A stretch of DNA of 64,000 nucleotides from NCBI GenBank assembly GCA_051382305.1, contig JBBCAV010000153.1:11387-75386 (forward strand), given 5' to 3'. Below the pieces are notes generated by a model. The model saw only the letters and a program-made list of their open reading frames with translations. It was not told the origin of the DNA and did not search any database. Positions 10,689 to 19,569 of this stretch are shown here, in pieces; within the stretch, counting starts at the first letter, position 1; each line of letters opens with the position of its first letter. The DNA is from Bdellovibrionota bacterium FG-2 (lineage in GTDB: Bacteria; Bdellovibrionota; UBA1018). Made by a program: the position numbers and the translations under genes.

Positions 10689-10723
10689 CGGAACAATGTG
10701 TTCCGACCTAGCAAAACGGAACA
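10689..10723. promoter_or_regulatory. palindromic operator-like site
   Basis: CGGAACA-N3-TGTTCCG at 10689-10705 plus another CGGAACA half-site at 10717-10723, between divergent genes. Confidence 0.45.
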
Positions 10724-10810
10724 CCACCTGCCTTTTGTCCTCTTTGAAATACCTTGCCTAAGGGTGCGATGCGATATATCAAAATCCAACCGTTATTGGG
10801 GGATGATACT

Positions 10811-11617
10811 ATGAACCGCTTTTCAATCACTTACGCGTCTTTTATATTTGCGCTCGCCCTAGGTTTGGCCCCAGTTCCCGGGGCGTCAGCAGCAGATCCG
10901 TTCTGCGCCCGCACGCTTAATGACATCAAGCAAGCGGCGCAAGATCCCGCGATGCGCTTGAGTTTTTCCAATCAAGGGGGCGCTTTTAGTTCAGGGGTAT
11001 GTTGGTGGCTTTCCCGATTTCAAAGAGCCGCGCTCTATCTCGCGAGGTTTTATCCCGAACTCCCCAAACCCACCGCTGACGAAGCCCGAAAGCTGATTCG
11101 GCGGCTTGCGCAAATGAACGAAGTCGTTGAGATCCCAGGGTATCGCAATATTTTTGATTTCTCGTGCGACTTTTCGACCTTGATTCAACGAAGACTTGAG
11201 CGTTGGCAAATTCTCGACGGAATTTTTCGATTTGCCTGGATTGAGGGGATTAGAGGCAAGTCCGCTCTTCCAAACTAAAAAATGAAATCCCATATGGTTG
11301 ATCTTTTCTTGGCCCATGAACAAAACCGGGCTTTGACGTTTCTGAAGCTACAGGTCCCTGGACTTGTCGCCCACTCTTGGATCGTCATTGATCTACTTCC
11401 CACACCCAGCGGCTACGAAATCTATTCAATCGATAGCAACGTTCCGGCAGAAACGCTTCGTACCCAATACGTTTTTGGTGACACCCATTTGTCGTTCCCT
11501 TATGCCCCTCTTAGGTTTGTGCCTCATCTGGATTTTCAAGGTGACCTGCGAAAAATGGGGGCTGCACTCACAAAAACTTGCGGTCCGTCACAACCCGGCA
11601 ACCCCAATCGTATATAG
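10811..11617 (+). pseudogene. secreted protein with Cys/His/Asp papain-like signature, split by an in-frame TAA
   Basis: ORFs 10811-11278 and 11282-11617 share a frame and are separated by TAA AAA; signal peptide; GVCWW...AHSW...IDSN. Confidence 0.7.
11587..11614 (+). promoter_or_regulatory. candidate ECF-sigma promoter (autoregulatory)
   Basis: GTCACA-N16-CGTATA about 20 nt upstream of the ECF sigma start. Confidence 0.5.
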
Positions 11618-11633
11618 CAACAGAAGAGGTTTA

Positions 11634-12152
11634 ATGGACGAGGAACTGAGCAATGAAGCATTGATGGTCGCTTATCAAAAGGGCGACCTGAAGGCGTTTG
11701 AAGTTCTTTATCGCAGGCATTCGGGCCGAGTCTATGGCTTTTTAGTAGGGAAACTAAAAGGAGTGGGAATGGCGGATGACGTTTTTCAAGCCACGTTTCT
11801 GAAGCTGCATCAGTCACGCGCGTCTTATGAGGCCTCCTACCCTTTTCTGCCTTGGCTGTTTACGATTTGCCGAAACACGATGATCGATTCGTTACGCAAA
11901 AACAAACGATCGATAGAAGAACTTAATCCCGTCGCGATCGAAAAAGCACAGGCGCCGGCAGGGGAAAACACGGAGGACTGGAGCGCGATTCCGAGTCTGA
12001 GCACGCTTCCCGAAAACCAGCGTCAGGCCCTTGAACTTCGCTACAGTGAGGAGCTTTCGTTTGTAGAAATTGCGCAAAAACTCAAAACTTCGCCCGTCAA
12101 TGTGAGGCAGCTCATTAGCCGCGCTGTCAAGAAACTGAGGGCGAACGCATGA
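11634..12152 (+). CDS. ECF-family RNA polymerase sigma factor
   Basis: GDLKAFEVLYRRH, ADDVFQATFLK and WLFTICRN (region 2); LPENQRQALELRY...IAQKL (region 4). Confidence 0.92.
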   Translation: MDEELSNEALMVAYQKGDLKAFEVLYRRHSGRVYGFLVGKLKGVGMADDVFQATFLKLHQSRASYEASYPFLPWLFTICRNTMIDSLRKNKRSIEELNPVAIEKAQAPAGENTEDWSAIPSLSTLPENQRQALELRYSEELSFVEIAQKLKTSPVNVRQLISRAVKKLRANA

Positions 12153-12673
12153 TGACTGAAAACAAAAGTTTCACAGAATTTATTTCAAGCAAAGAGGTGA
12201 CGCCTCCCGCCCATCTCACGCATGAGATTCTCAATACTGTACGCGGCGCCCTTCATCCCCCAGTCTGGAGGGTGTTTACGAAACTGGGATCGTTGCAACT
12301 AACCGTGGGCGCCGTGGTGCTGATGTTTTGCCCTCAATTCGGCACGAACCTGTTTCCTGGAATGGGGCTCATGTCCCTGTTTATGCGCTTTGGGGACGTG
12401 GGTTGCATGATCGGCTGCGGGGGCGTGTTCTTGGGCGGGAGTGGCCTTTTAGGGAGCCTGATTTTTAGTCTGGAGGAGATTCGGGTGATCCGTGGGTCGA
12501 GATTCCTTCAACTGAGTTCCATGACCCTGCTTTCAGGCGCCGCGTTCGTGTGCCTAGCCGGTGACCAACTCCTGACCCTTGGCGTGGCTTGGGTTTTAGG
12601 CGGACTCGTGGGTGGAATGACGACTCTTGAGCTGGGGTGGCTGGTGCGCAAGGCCGTTTGGGCCGGAAAATAG
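12149..12673 (+). CDS. membrane protein, probable anti-sigma factor
   Basis: overlaps the ECF stop (ATGA); several TM segments containing Cys residues. Confidence 0.65.
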   Translation: MMTENKSFTEFISSKEVTPPAHLTHEILNTVRGALHPPVWRVFTKLGSLQLTVGAVVLMFCPQFGTNLFPGMGLMSLFMRFGDVGCMIGCGGVFLGGSGLLGSLIFSLEEIRVIRGSRFLQLSSMTLLSGAAFVCLAGDQLLTLGVAWVLGGLVGGMTTLELGWLVRKAVWAGK

Positions 12674-12774
12674 CCCGACCAAAAGAGTTGGTTGCGGCGT
12701 AATAAGCGCAACAAAAGAGTCAGATTTTGCGCAACTACTTTTCTCCACGAAACGATCGTGCTAAGCCTTCCCAC

Positions 12775-13797
12775 ATGCCTAATACCAATCTGCCGATCCT
12801 AGAATTCGTCCTCAAAAACTACAAAAATTTCAATTCACGCGCGACCCGTGATGCGACTCTCTCTTATTGGAGTCATATTGAAGGCGGCGGCAAGATGTTG
12901 TGGGCCGTGGCCGGTGCTATGTCCTCCGCCCAACTCGGCATTACACTCGCGCCAGCAATTCGCGCAGGCCTGATTCACGGTCTCTCGGTGACCGGCGCCA
13001 ACCTCGAAGAATCCCTTTTTAGACTCGTGGCGCATCACGGCTACAAAGATTTTCCGGAGTATCGCTATTTTACCAAAGATGATGATACGCGCATCCTTGA
13101 ACAACGTATGCGTCGGGTGACGGATACGAGTATTCCCGAAGACGAAGCGTTTCGCGCGGTTGAAAAATACATCGTCCCCATGTGGACGGATGCGACAAAG
13201 AGCAACACGCGCCGTTTCTGGCATGAGTACTTTTACGAACTCATTCAAAAGATTGATCCGCAACTTTATGAAGGGAGTGCTGAGGAATGTTGGCTCTTGG
13301 CTGCCGCCCGCGCAAAGTTACCTATGGTCGTGCCGGGATGTGAAGACTCCACATTTGGAAACATTTTTGCTTCCCACGTTAAGACCAACGAGTGTAGCGC
13401 CTCGATCGTCAAATCCGGAATCGAGTACATGGGGCAGCTTTATGATGATTATAAAGAACTGTCTTCAGGCAAAGGTGTAGGATTCTTCCAAATCGGCGGC
13501 GGAATCGCAGGCGACTTCCCGATCTGCGTGGTGCCCTCGATTAAGTATGACTTGAGCGAACCCGTGAAACCTTGGGCGTACTTCTGCCAGATCTCGGATT
13601 CGACGACTTCGTATGGTTCGTACTCAGGCGCGACCCCCAACGAAAAAATCACGTGGGACAAACTCACGCGCGACACGCCGATGTTCGTCATTGAATCGGA
13701 CGCAACGATTGTGGTGCCGCTCATGCTCAACGCGCTTTTAGAAGCCAAGCAAAATCCAAAAGTGGCCAATGAGTTAATTAAGAAGTATACGGCTTAA
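12775..13797 (+). CDS. deoxyhypusine synthase-like protein
   Basis: AGAMSSA, TGANLEE, EDSTFGN, QIGGGIAGD and SYSGATPNEKITWDK motifs. Confidence 0.9.
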   Translation: MPNTNLPILEFVLKNYKNFNSRATRDATLSYWSHIEGGGKMLWAVAGAMSSAQLGITLAPAIRAGLIHGLSVTGANLEESLFRLVAHHGYKDFPEYRYFTKDDDTRILEQRMRRVTDTSIPEDEAFRAVEKYIVPMWTDATKSNTRRFWHEYFYELIQKIDPQLYEGSAEECWLLAAARAKLPMVVPGCEDSTFGNIFASHVKTNECSASIVKSGIEYMGQLYDDYKELSSGKGVGFFQIGGGIAGDFPICVVPSIKYDLSEPVKPWAYFCQISDSTTSYGSYSGATPNEKITWDKLTRDTPMFVIESDATIVVPLMLNALLEAKQNPKVANELIKKYTA

Positions 13798-13805
13798 CCG
13801 TTCAC

Positions 13806-14465
13806 CTAGCCCAGCCACTCCGCGAATTCCTCCACGCGCTTAAACAACGGCGTGGGTTGCTCGATCATAAAATGATGTTCGGGCAGATGAGCAGGCTTTT
13901 TGGCCCACGCCGCGCCCGCAAAAGCACATTCTGCCGCACGCGCCCCTTCCCAATCATGGGGATGATCGCCGACGACCAAAATCTGTGAGGGCATGAGCGC
14001 CATTTTCTCTAACGTCAAATGAAGGCCTGAAGGATCAGGCTTGTTGACAGCTACCATGCATCCCCCAACGACCGTTTCGAAATAATCTCGCACTCCGTTT
14101 AATCGCAAAACCTGCTCGGCACCAAAGGCGGGCCGACCTGTCCAGACGCTCATTCGAATGCCAGCGGTTTTAAGCGTGGCAAGCATATCTTTGATTCCCG
14201 GGAATAGCGGGATCTTCGAGGCCCCTTGCGTTGCGAAACTCGCTAACCGCTCAAAGGCAACTTTTGCGTCTTTGGGAGGAAGCAGGTCCTTAAACACCTC
14301 GAGCGCAGGCAGCGCTCGAATTCCCTCAAGCAGCACGTCATCGCAGACAATGCCAAATGGCTCCAGCGCATATTTAAACGACTCAAACACGACGGCCCCT
14401 GAATCAATCAAAGTGCCATCCAAATCAAAAACGACTGCCGCAAATTCGCGCCCCTTCGGTTCCAT
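13806..14465 (-). CDS. HAD-family hydrolase (phosphoglycolate phosphatase-like)
   Basis: FDLDGTLIDS, KPDP and VGDHPHD motifs. Confidence 0.9.
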   Translation of the reverse strand: MEPKGREFAAVVFDLDGTLIDSGAVVFESFKYALEPFGIVCDDVLLEGIRALPALEVFKDLLPPKDAKVAFERLASFATQGASKIPLFPGIKDMLATLKTAGIRMSVWTGRPAFGAEQVLRLNGVRDYFETVVGGCMVAVNKPDPSGLHLTLEKMALMPSQILVVGDHPHDWEGARAAECAFAGAAWAKKPAHLPEHHFMIEQPTPLFKRVEEFAEWLG

Positions 14466-14505
14466 GCCACAAGCATAGCCCATAAATAATTAAGAGTGAA
14501 ACATT

Positions 14506-14757
14506 TCAGAGACTCTGGCTTTTTTCCCGACGACTATTCTCGGGATTGAACTTTTGCTGTTCTTCCCGATAAAGCGCTTCAAAACGATTTTCAAAGCCTA
14601 GAAAATGCTCTTCGAGATAACGCTTTAACGTATCCAATTCAAGTTTGACGTGTCCCAGTTCGCCCTGCTGCGCCAGCCGCTGGGCTTCGAGCGATTCCCC
14701 AAGAAGTTCAATTTCTCTTTTCAACAAATGCATATCCATAGCACCAAGTGTCGACAT
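14506..14757 (-). CDS. small coiled-coil hypothetical protein
   Basis: ORF directly downstream of polX with an RBS-like AAGGGGG. Confidence 0.55.
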   Translation of the reverse strand: MSTLGAMDMHLLKREIELLGESLEAQRLAQQGELGHVKLELDTLKRYLEEHFLGFENRFEALYREEQQKFNPENSRREKSQSL

Positions 14758-14789
14758 CGTGTGCCCCCTTAGCGCTTTGGATTGCAAAC

Positions 14790-16553
14790 TCAGTGCCTTC
14801 TCAACAACTTCTTAATCTCGCTCCATGAACGAGTATTGACGACGTCCGACGCCTCAAGCCCCCCCCGCCGCGCTTGTGCAATGCCCAAAGGCATGAAGTC
14901 CAATTCGTGATCATCATGTGCGTCAGAAGAGATCACAACCTTCACACCCAACGCCTTTGCCAACTTGCAATGCACGTCATTCAAATCCAAACGCTCAGGC
15001 TGGGAGTTAAGTTCTAAGAAACACCCCCGCTCACGCGCGGCCTGTAGGATTTTCTCAATATCAATGTCGTAAGGCTCGCGTTCCAAAAGAAGCCGTCCGG
15101 TCGGATGCGCCAGCACATGAAAATGAGGATGATCCATCGCGCGAATGATCCGCTCGGCTTGCTTCTCACGCGTTAACTTAAACCGTGAGTGCACTGAGCA
15201 CACCACCCAATCCAGCGCCGCAAGCAACTCATCGTCATAATCGAGCGCGCCGTCTTCCAAAATGTCGACCTCGGCGCTTTTCAAAATCCGAAACAAACCA
15301 TCATTAAGCTCATTAAATCTATCTATCTCCCGAATGCGCTCCCACAACCTTTTGGGCTCCAACCCCCGCCCCACTGTGAGGCGTTGAGAATGATCCGTCA
15401 CGGCCAAGTATTCATAGCCCAAGGCCCGTGCTTTGGCCGCCATCTCTTGGAGCGTTTTTCGCCCGTCGGAAGCGGTCGTGTGGCAATGAAGGTCGCCACG
15501 GATATGCGAAGTTAAGACAAGGGAGCGTAGTTTGTGTGCGAGAGAGGCTTCGATTTCACCTGCGTTTTCTCGCAATTCGGGCGGAATATACGACAATCCC
15601 ACCGTTTTAAAGATATCCGTCTCCTCTGCCCCACTCACCCACCTGGCGCCCTTGTATACCCCGTACTCGCTAATACGAAGCCCCTTCTTCATCGCCATCG
15701 TTCGCACAGCAATGTTATGCGCCTTTGAACCCGTAAAATAGTGCAAAGCAGCGCCCCACTCCCGCTCACTTACGAGCCGTACGTCGACATGCATCCCTGC
15801 GTGCCCTTGGGGGTACCCCCTCAATACAAACGTCAACTTCTTGGGACCACGCGCCAGGACGGCTTCAATGTCCTCATATTCCAAAATGGTTTTGAGGATT
15901 GCGGTATGCCCCTTAGATCCAGCGGCCGCCTCCACCAAAATATCCAGATCTCCCACTGTTTCCAAACGGCGCCGCAAACTCCCTGCGACCTCCGCTTGCT
16001 TAACCCCTGGGATCGCCCGTATATACTCAAGCATCGGCAATGCGAGTTGATTAGCGGCTACCCAAAGCACGCGAGTGGGAAGCTTGGCCTGCGCCATCTT
16101 CTTTACGATTCCCTCATAAAGTTGGTGCGCAATCTTCTCTCCAAAACCAGGCAGCTCGACCACTCGCTTTTCTTTAAGCGCCTTTTTGAGGTCGTCGATT
16201 CCTTGAATTTTAAGATCCGTCATCAAAGTTCGGACCCGCTTTGGCCCTAAGCCCGGGATCTTCAGTAACTCCAATACCCCTACCGGAATTTTCTGCGTAA
16301 GCTCTTCCAAAAGAGCGATTTTCCCTGTCGTCACGAACTCCGCGATCTTTTGCCCCAGGTCCTTCCCCACCCCGGACATCTTTGGCAAGGCCTCGCCCTT
16401 CGCGATTAGCTCCGAGAGTTCCAGCGCAGATCCCGTAATGACGCGCGCCGCGTTTCGATAGGCACGTACCCGAAACTCGTTCTCCCCCTGAATCTCGAGA
16501 ATGTCGGCGATCTCTTCGAAACAAGCGGCAATTTCAGAATTATGAATAGCCAT
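14790..16553 (-). CDS. polX: DNA polymerase X / PHP-domain 3'-5' exonuclease
   Basis: FRVRAYRNAA, HhH GLGPK, GSLRR..ETVGDLD, YFTGSKAHN; PHP motifs DLHCHT, TDHS, SSDAH. Confidence 0.95.
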   Translation of the reverse strand: MAIHNSEIAACFEEIADILEIQGENEFRVRAYRNAARVITGSALELSELIAKGEALPKMSGVGKDLGQKIAEFVTTGKIALLEELTQKIPVGVLELLKIPGLGPKRVRTLMTDLKIQGIDDLKKALKEKRVVELPGFGEKIAHQLYEGIVKKMAQAKLPTRVLWVAANQLALPMLEYIRAIPGVKQAEVAGSLRRRLETVGDLDILVEAAAGSKGHTAILKTILEYEDIEAVLARGPKKLTFVLRGYPQGHAGMHVDVRLVSEREWGAALHYFTGSKAHNIAVRTMAMKKGLRISEYGVYKGARWVSGAEETDIFKTVGLSYIPPELRENAGEIEASLAHKLRSLVLTSHIRGDLHCHTTASDGRKTLQEMAAKARALGYEYLAVTDHSQRLTVGRGLEPKRLWERIREIDRFNELNDGLFRILKSAEVDILEDGALDYDDELLAALDWVVCSVHSRFKLTREKQAERIIRAMDHPHFHVLAHPTGRLLLEREPYDIDIEKILQAARERGCFLELNSQPERLDLNDVHCKLAKALGVKVVISSDAHDDHELDFMPLGIAQARRGGLEASDVVNTRSWSEIKKLLRRH

Positions 16554-17024
16554 GCCCTAGTCTCTAACACAACATCCGTGAAGCAGGGAGATCCTTGCCC
16601 AAAAAGACATCTAGAGTTAGGAGTATGGCCATGCTCCATTACGGTGCCTTCACAATATAATCCGTCAGGCCTTGGATCATTTACTTTGTCGTTTGGGCAA
16701 CAGACAAATTACTTCGATAATACCGAGCAAACGGTGACAATATCGGATCTTGGAAAAACAGATATCGCGGACCTCAAGCAGGGGCCTTATGCTGTTAACT
16801 ATGACAACAACGTGGATGCCGCCTGTTTTGCCACATACGCGTATAGCAAGGATAGAAAGATCGGCAAGGAGAATCACTTCAACTGGGAGTGCCGACTTAC
16901 TGGCAAGGGAGGCTCCAAAATGCTGTGTGCGCTCAAAATGACTTCCAATCCCGAAACGATTGACCCCGAACACGCTGATTATAATACTCGCATTGGAGCG
17001 TTCATAGAGTTCGTGCGGAAATAG
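16542..17024 (+). CDS. hypothetical protein, probably an N-terminally truncated remnant
   Basis: 160-aa protein-like ORF whose 5' end collides with the divergent polX start. Confidence 0.4.
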   Translation: MNSHALVSNTTSVKQGDPCPKRHLELGVWPCSITVPSQYNPSGLGSFTLSFGQQTNYFDNTEQTVTISDLGKTDIADLKQGPYAVNYDNNVDAACFATYAYSKDRKIGKENHFNWECRLTGKGGSKMLCALKMTSNPETIDPEHADYNTRIGAFIEFVRK

Positions 17025-17187
17025 CAATATGTGATAGCTGACAACCGTTTGTTTTCGCGACGGCGGATGACCGGCTTCCATAATATGAGATATCCCGACC
17101 GCCCCAACTTCTGAAATAGTGAAGTTAGAGGCTCACCCCCCTGCCGGGTAGGCCATTTTCTTCGCTATTTGCGAAGTTCGGGGATTC

Positions 17188-17220
17188 TTCCAAGATAATT
17201 CCAAGATAATTCCAAGATAA
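17188..17220. repeat. tandem repeat (TTCCAAGATAA)x3
   Basis: three exact 11-bp copies in intergenic DNA. Confidence 0.9.
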
Positions 17221-17384
17221 AGTGAGAATTGAGTTAATCGTCAAACCTTCGCAACAGCTTATGCTCTCAGGCACCGGAAGCTTAGTCACAAGAACTCGTC
17301 AAAAATAAAAAACATGGGGTCCTTAGCCCCCCGCTCCACCCCGCTCCACCCCGCTTCGGCCCAGTTTTCGCTACTCATTAGAGC

Positions 17385-17975
17385 ATGACAAACCGCAAAC
17401 TTGATCACCAATTTAGAGAGCCTACCCGCACTGATCCCTATCGCGACACCCGCAAAGCCGCAGGCCTTGCCACTTGCAAGGACTGTGGAGCCGTTTGTTT
17501 TCGCGGGCGCTGGGTTTCGGAGGCCGAATATCAAAAGCACTTTGAATTAAGGCCGCTTGAAATGCACAAAGCCACATGCCCCGCCTGCCTAAAACTCAAG
17601 TATCGCTATGCCCAAGGTGTGCTTGAACTTACGGGCACCCAATGGCTTAAATCAAAGAATGCAATTCTCAATACCTTGCGACGATCAGAGCAAATCTTTC
17701 GAAAGCGCAACGACCAAAGCCGAATCTTATGGTTTGGGGATAACCCAAAACATCGAGAGGTCGCCGACAAATTCAAAATCTATGTCACCCTCCCCGAACT
17801 CGCCCGTCACATGGGGCGCCAGCTTCAAAAAACGTTCAAGGGACTGATCCATACGAGTACCTCCCCAGAAGAGCCTTTTGTTCGTGTGCGATGGGGTGCA
17901 GAGCAGCCCATTGATCTAAACCGTCGGCGCCACACCTCGCGTGCGTTTCGAAAACGAGGATCTAGCAATGCTTAG
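17385..17975 (+). CDS. BCAM0308-like zinc-binding protein
   Basis: DPY...CKDCGA...GRW...CPAC, LARHMGRQL...F.G and VRVRW pattern. Confidence 0.75.
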   Translation: MTNRKLDHQFREPTRTDPYRDTRKAAGLATCKDCGAVCFRGRWVSEAEYQKHFELRPLEMHKATCPACLKLKYRYAQGVLELTGTQWLKSKNAILNTLRRSEQIFRKRNDQSRILWFGDNPKHREVADKFKIYVTLPELARHMGRQLQKTFKGLIHTSTSPEEPFVRVRWGAEQPIDLNRRRHTSRAFRKRGSSNA

Positions 17976-17978
17976 TTT

Positions 17979-18311
17979 CTAAGTCGATTGTTTAGAAAGG
18001 TCGACCTGCACGCTGATTTTAAGTTGCTTGCCATCAGAGCCCAAAACCTCAAAATGAACCCCGGAAGCTTTGCTTGCAGAACTCAAAAGCTCAGCGGCTA
18101 ACGCCTCCACATCACGTCCGGTGACCCAAGCAATGACAGAAGAATTATCTAAAACGAGATTGGTTTTCCCACCGACGCCAACCGAAAAACGAAAAGGTTT
18201 CCCCCCAGGAAAAGGTACTTTTTCGGAAATGGCCGTTCCCTCCCGAAGACTCACAAACTCTTTTTCGCTCAAGCGAAACCTTACTGATCTTCCATCAAGT
18301 CGAATGTTCAT
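17979..18311 (-). CDS. conserved hypothetical protein
   Basis: MNIRLDGRSVRFRLS start; overlaps the mobA stop at the end of the operon. Confidence 0.65.
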   Translation of the reverse strand: MNIRLDGRSVRFRLSEKEFVSLREGTAISEKVPFPGGKPFRFSVGVGGKTNLVLDNSSVIAWVTGRDVEALAAELLSSASKASGVHFEVLGSDGKQLKISVQVDLSKQST

Positions 18312-18876
18312 GGTATTCCTGAAATTCCTCTGGAGTATTTACATTCAAAAACGCTGCACGCTCAACAGACTGCAACGAGAGTGCCTCTAGGTTACTGCTT
18401 TCCCCAAGAAGTTCAAGAAATGCCTGAACCGAAAGACGAGAATCCGCAATGCACCGCAACAGGCAATCTAACACCCGAGGCTCGCACCGAAGAGCCACAG
18501 GCAGCGGAAATCCCTCAAAATGCACGGCCAAGGTATCCTCACTCGCCAAGAGGGCTTGCGCCATTTTTTCAAAGTAATGCTTTGTCATTTGCGGCATGTC
18601 AACGGGGACAAAAAGTAATGCTTTGGGCGGAACTTTCTCACCTAGCGCACGCTTCAAGACTGTGCTCACCCCACCCAGAGGACCCAGATCTGGGCAATCA
18701 TCAGCAATGCCCCCTGCTCCACTCACCCAAATCTCAGGGGTCACTTCGCGCAGCCGCGCAATCATTCGATCAAGGAATCGCTCACCTGACACCTCAAGTA
18801 ACTCCTTGGGACGCCCCATCCGCGAGGATTTACCCCCCGCCAAAACAACGCCTACAATCTCACGCCCTTGAGCCAC
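18295..18876 (-). CDS. mobA: molybdenum cofactor guanylyltransferase
   Basis: LAGGKSSRMG..K, GPLGG, PVDMP and NVNTPEE motifs. Confidence 0.9.
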   Translation of the reverse strand: MAQGREIVGVVLAGGKSSRMGRPKELLEVSGERFLDRMIARLREVTPEIWVSGAGGIADDCPDLGPLGGVSTVLKRALGEKVPPKALLFVPVDMPQMTKHYFEKMAQALLASEDTLAVHFEGFPLPVALRCEPRVLDCLLRCIADSRLSVQAFLELLGESSNLEALSLQSVERAAFLNVNTPEEFQEYHEHST

Positions 18877-19337
18877 TGCGATTCACCCTCTTTATAATGT
18901 TCCAATTTCCAAATCGGCGCACGGATTTTGAGTTGCTCTATCAAATAGCGAGACGCTTCAAAGGCCGCCTCGCGATGCGCACTCCCCACGGCTATCCCCA
19001 CGCTCGCCTCACCCACCGCAAGTTTTCCCACGCGATGTACCAGGACAAGGTCTAAATCTTCATCCCACTTGGCGTGCGCATTCGCCACGCTTTCTTGACA
19101 AATTTCCCCAAAAATCTTCTCAGATAATCCAAGATGCGCATCATAAGAAACAGCCAGAACTTCACGACCGTCATGAAAGTTACGAACGATGCCTAAGAAA
19201 AGCACACTCGCACCATGCGCAGGGTTCGAAACAGAAGCCAAAAGGGCTTGCAATCGATTCGCATCGATGGCCTCATCGCTCACTTTTACCGTAATACGCC
19301 CCACGCCTCTATCCTCCACAAACCGGCGGCAACACAC
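18852..19337 (-). CDS. moaE: molybdopterin synthase catalytic subunit
   Basis: GA...F.GIVR, HRVGKL.VGE, SAHR and K...PIWKLE motifs. Confidence 0.92.
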   Translation of the reverse strand: MCCRRFVEDRGVGRITVKVSDEAIDANRLQALLASVSNPAHGASVLFLGIVRNFHDGREVLAVSYDAHLGLSEKIFGEICQESVANAHAKWDEDLDLVLVHRVGKLAVGEASVGIAVGSAHREAAFEASRYLIEQLKIRAPIWKLEHYKEGESQWLKGVRL

Positions 19338-19569
19338 TTAAGGTCATACTCTTTGAGATTCGTGCTTCATCCGAAAGAATATGACTCTCATCCGCAAAAA
19401 CCGAATCACTCACCAGCGCGGCCTCCATCGCTTGTGGATCATGAAGCTTGATTTCCTCACTCAAATGCCGACGAAACTCTCCCACGCTACATTCGGAGAC
19501 AAGGTTGACGTTTAGTTCTGAGCCCAGCCTCTTAAACGCTCCAAAATATTTTACCTTCACTTCAATCAC
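19309..19569 (-). CDS. moaD: molybdopterin synthase sulfur carrier subunit
   Basis: VKYFG start and LPPVCGG C-terminal GG. Confidence 0.9.
   Translation of the reverse strand: MIEVKVKYFGAFKRLGSELNVNLVSECSVGEFRRHLSEEIKLHDPQAMEAALVSDSVFADESHILSDEARISKSMTLSVLPPVCGG

Noticed and set aside
17188-17355. CRISPR-like repeats
   Set aside because: Units are 10-11 bp, directly adjacent, with no spacers and no cas genes
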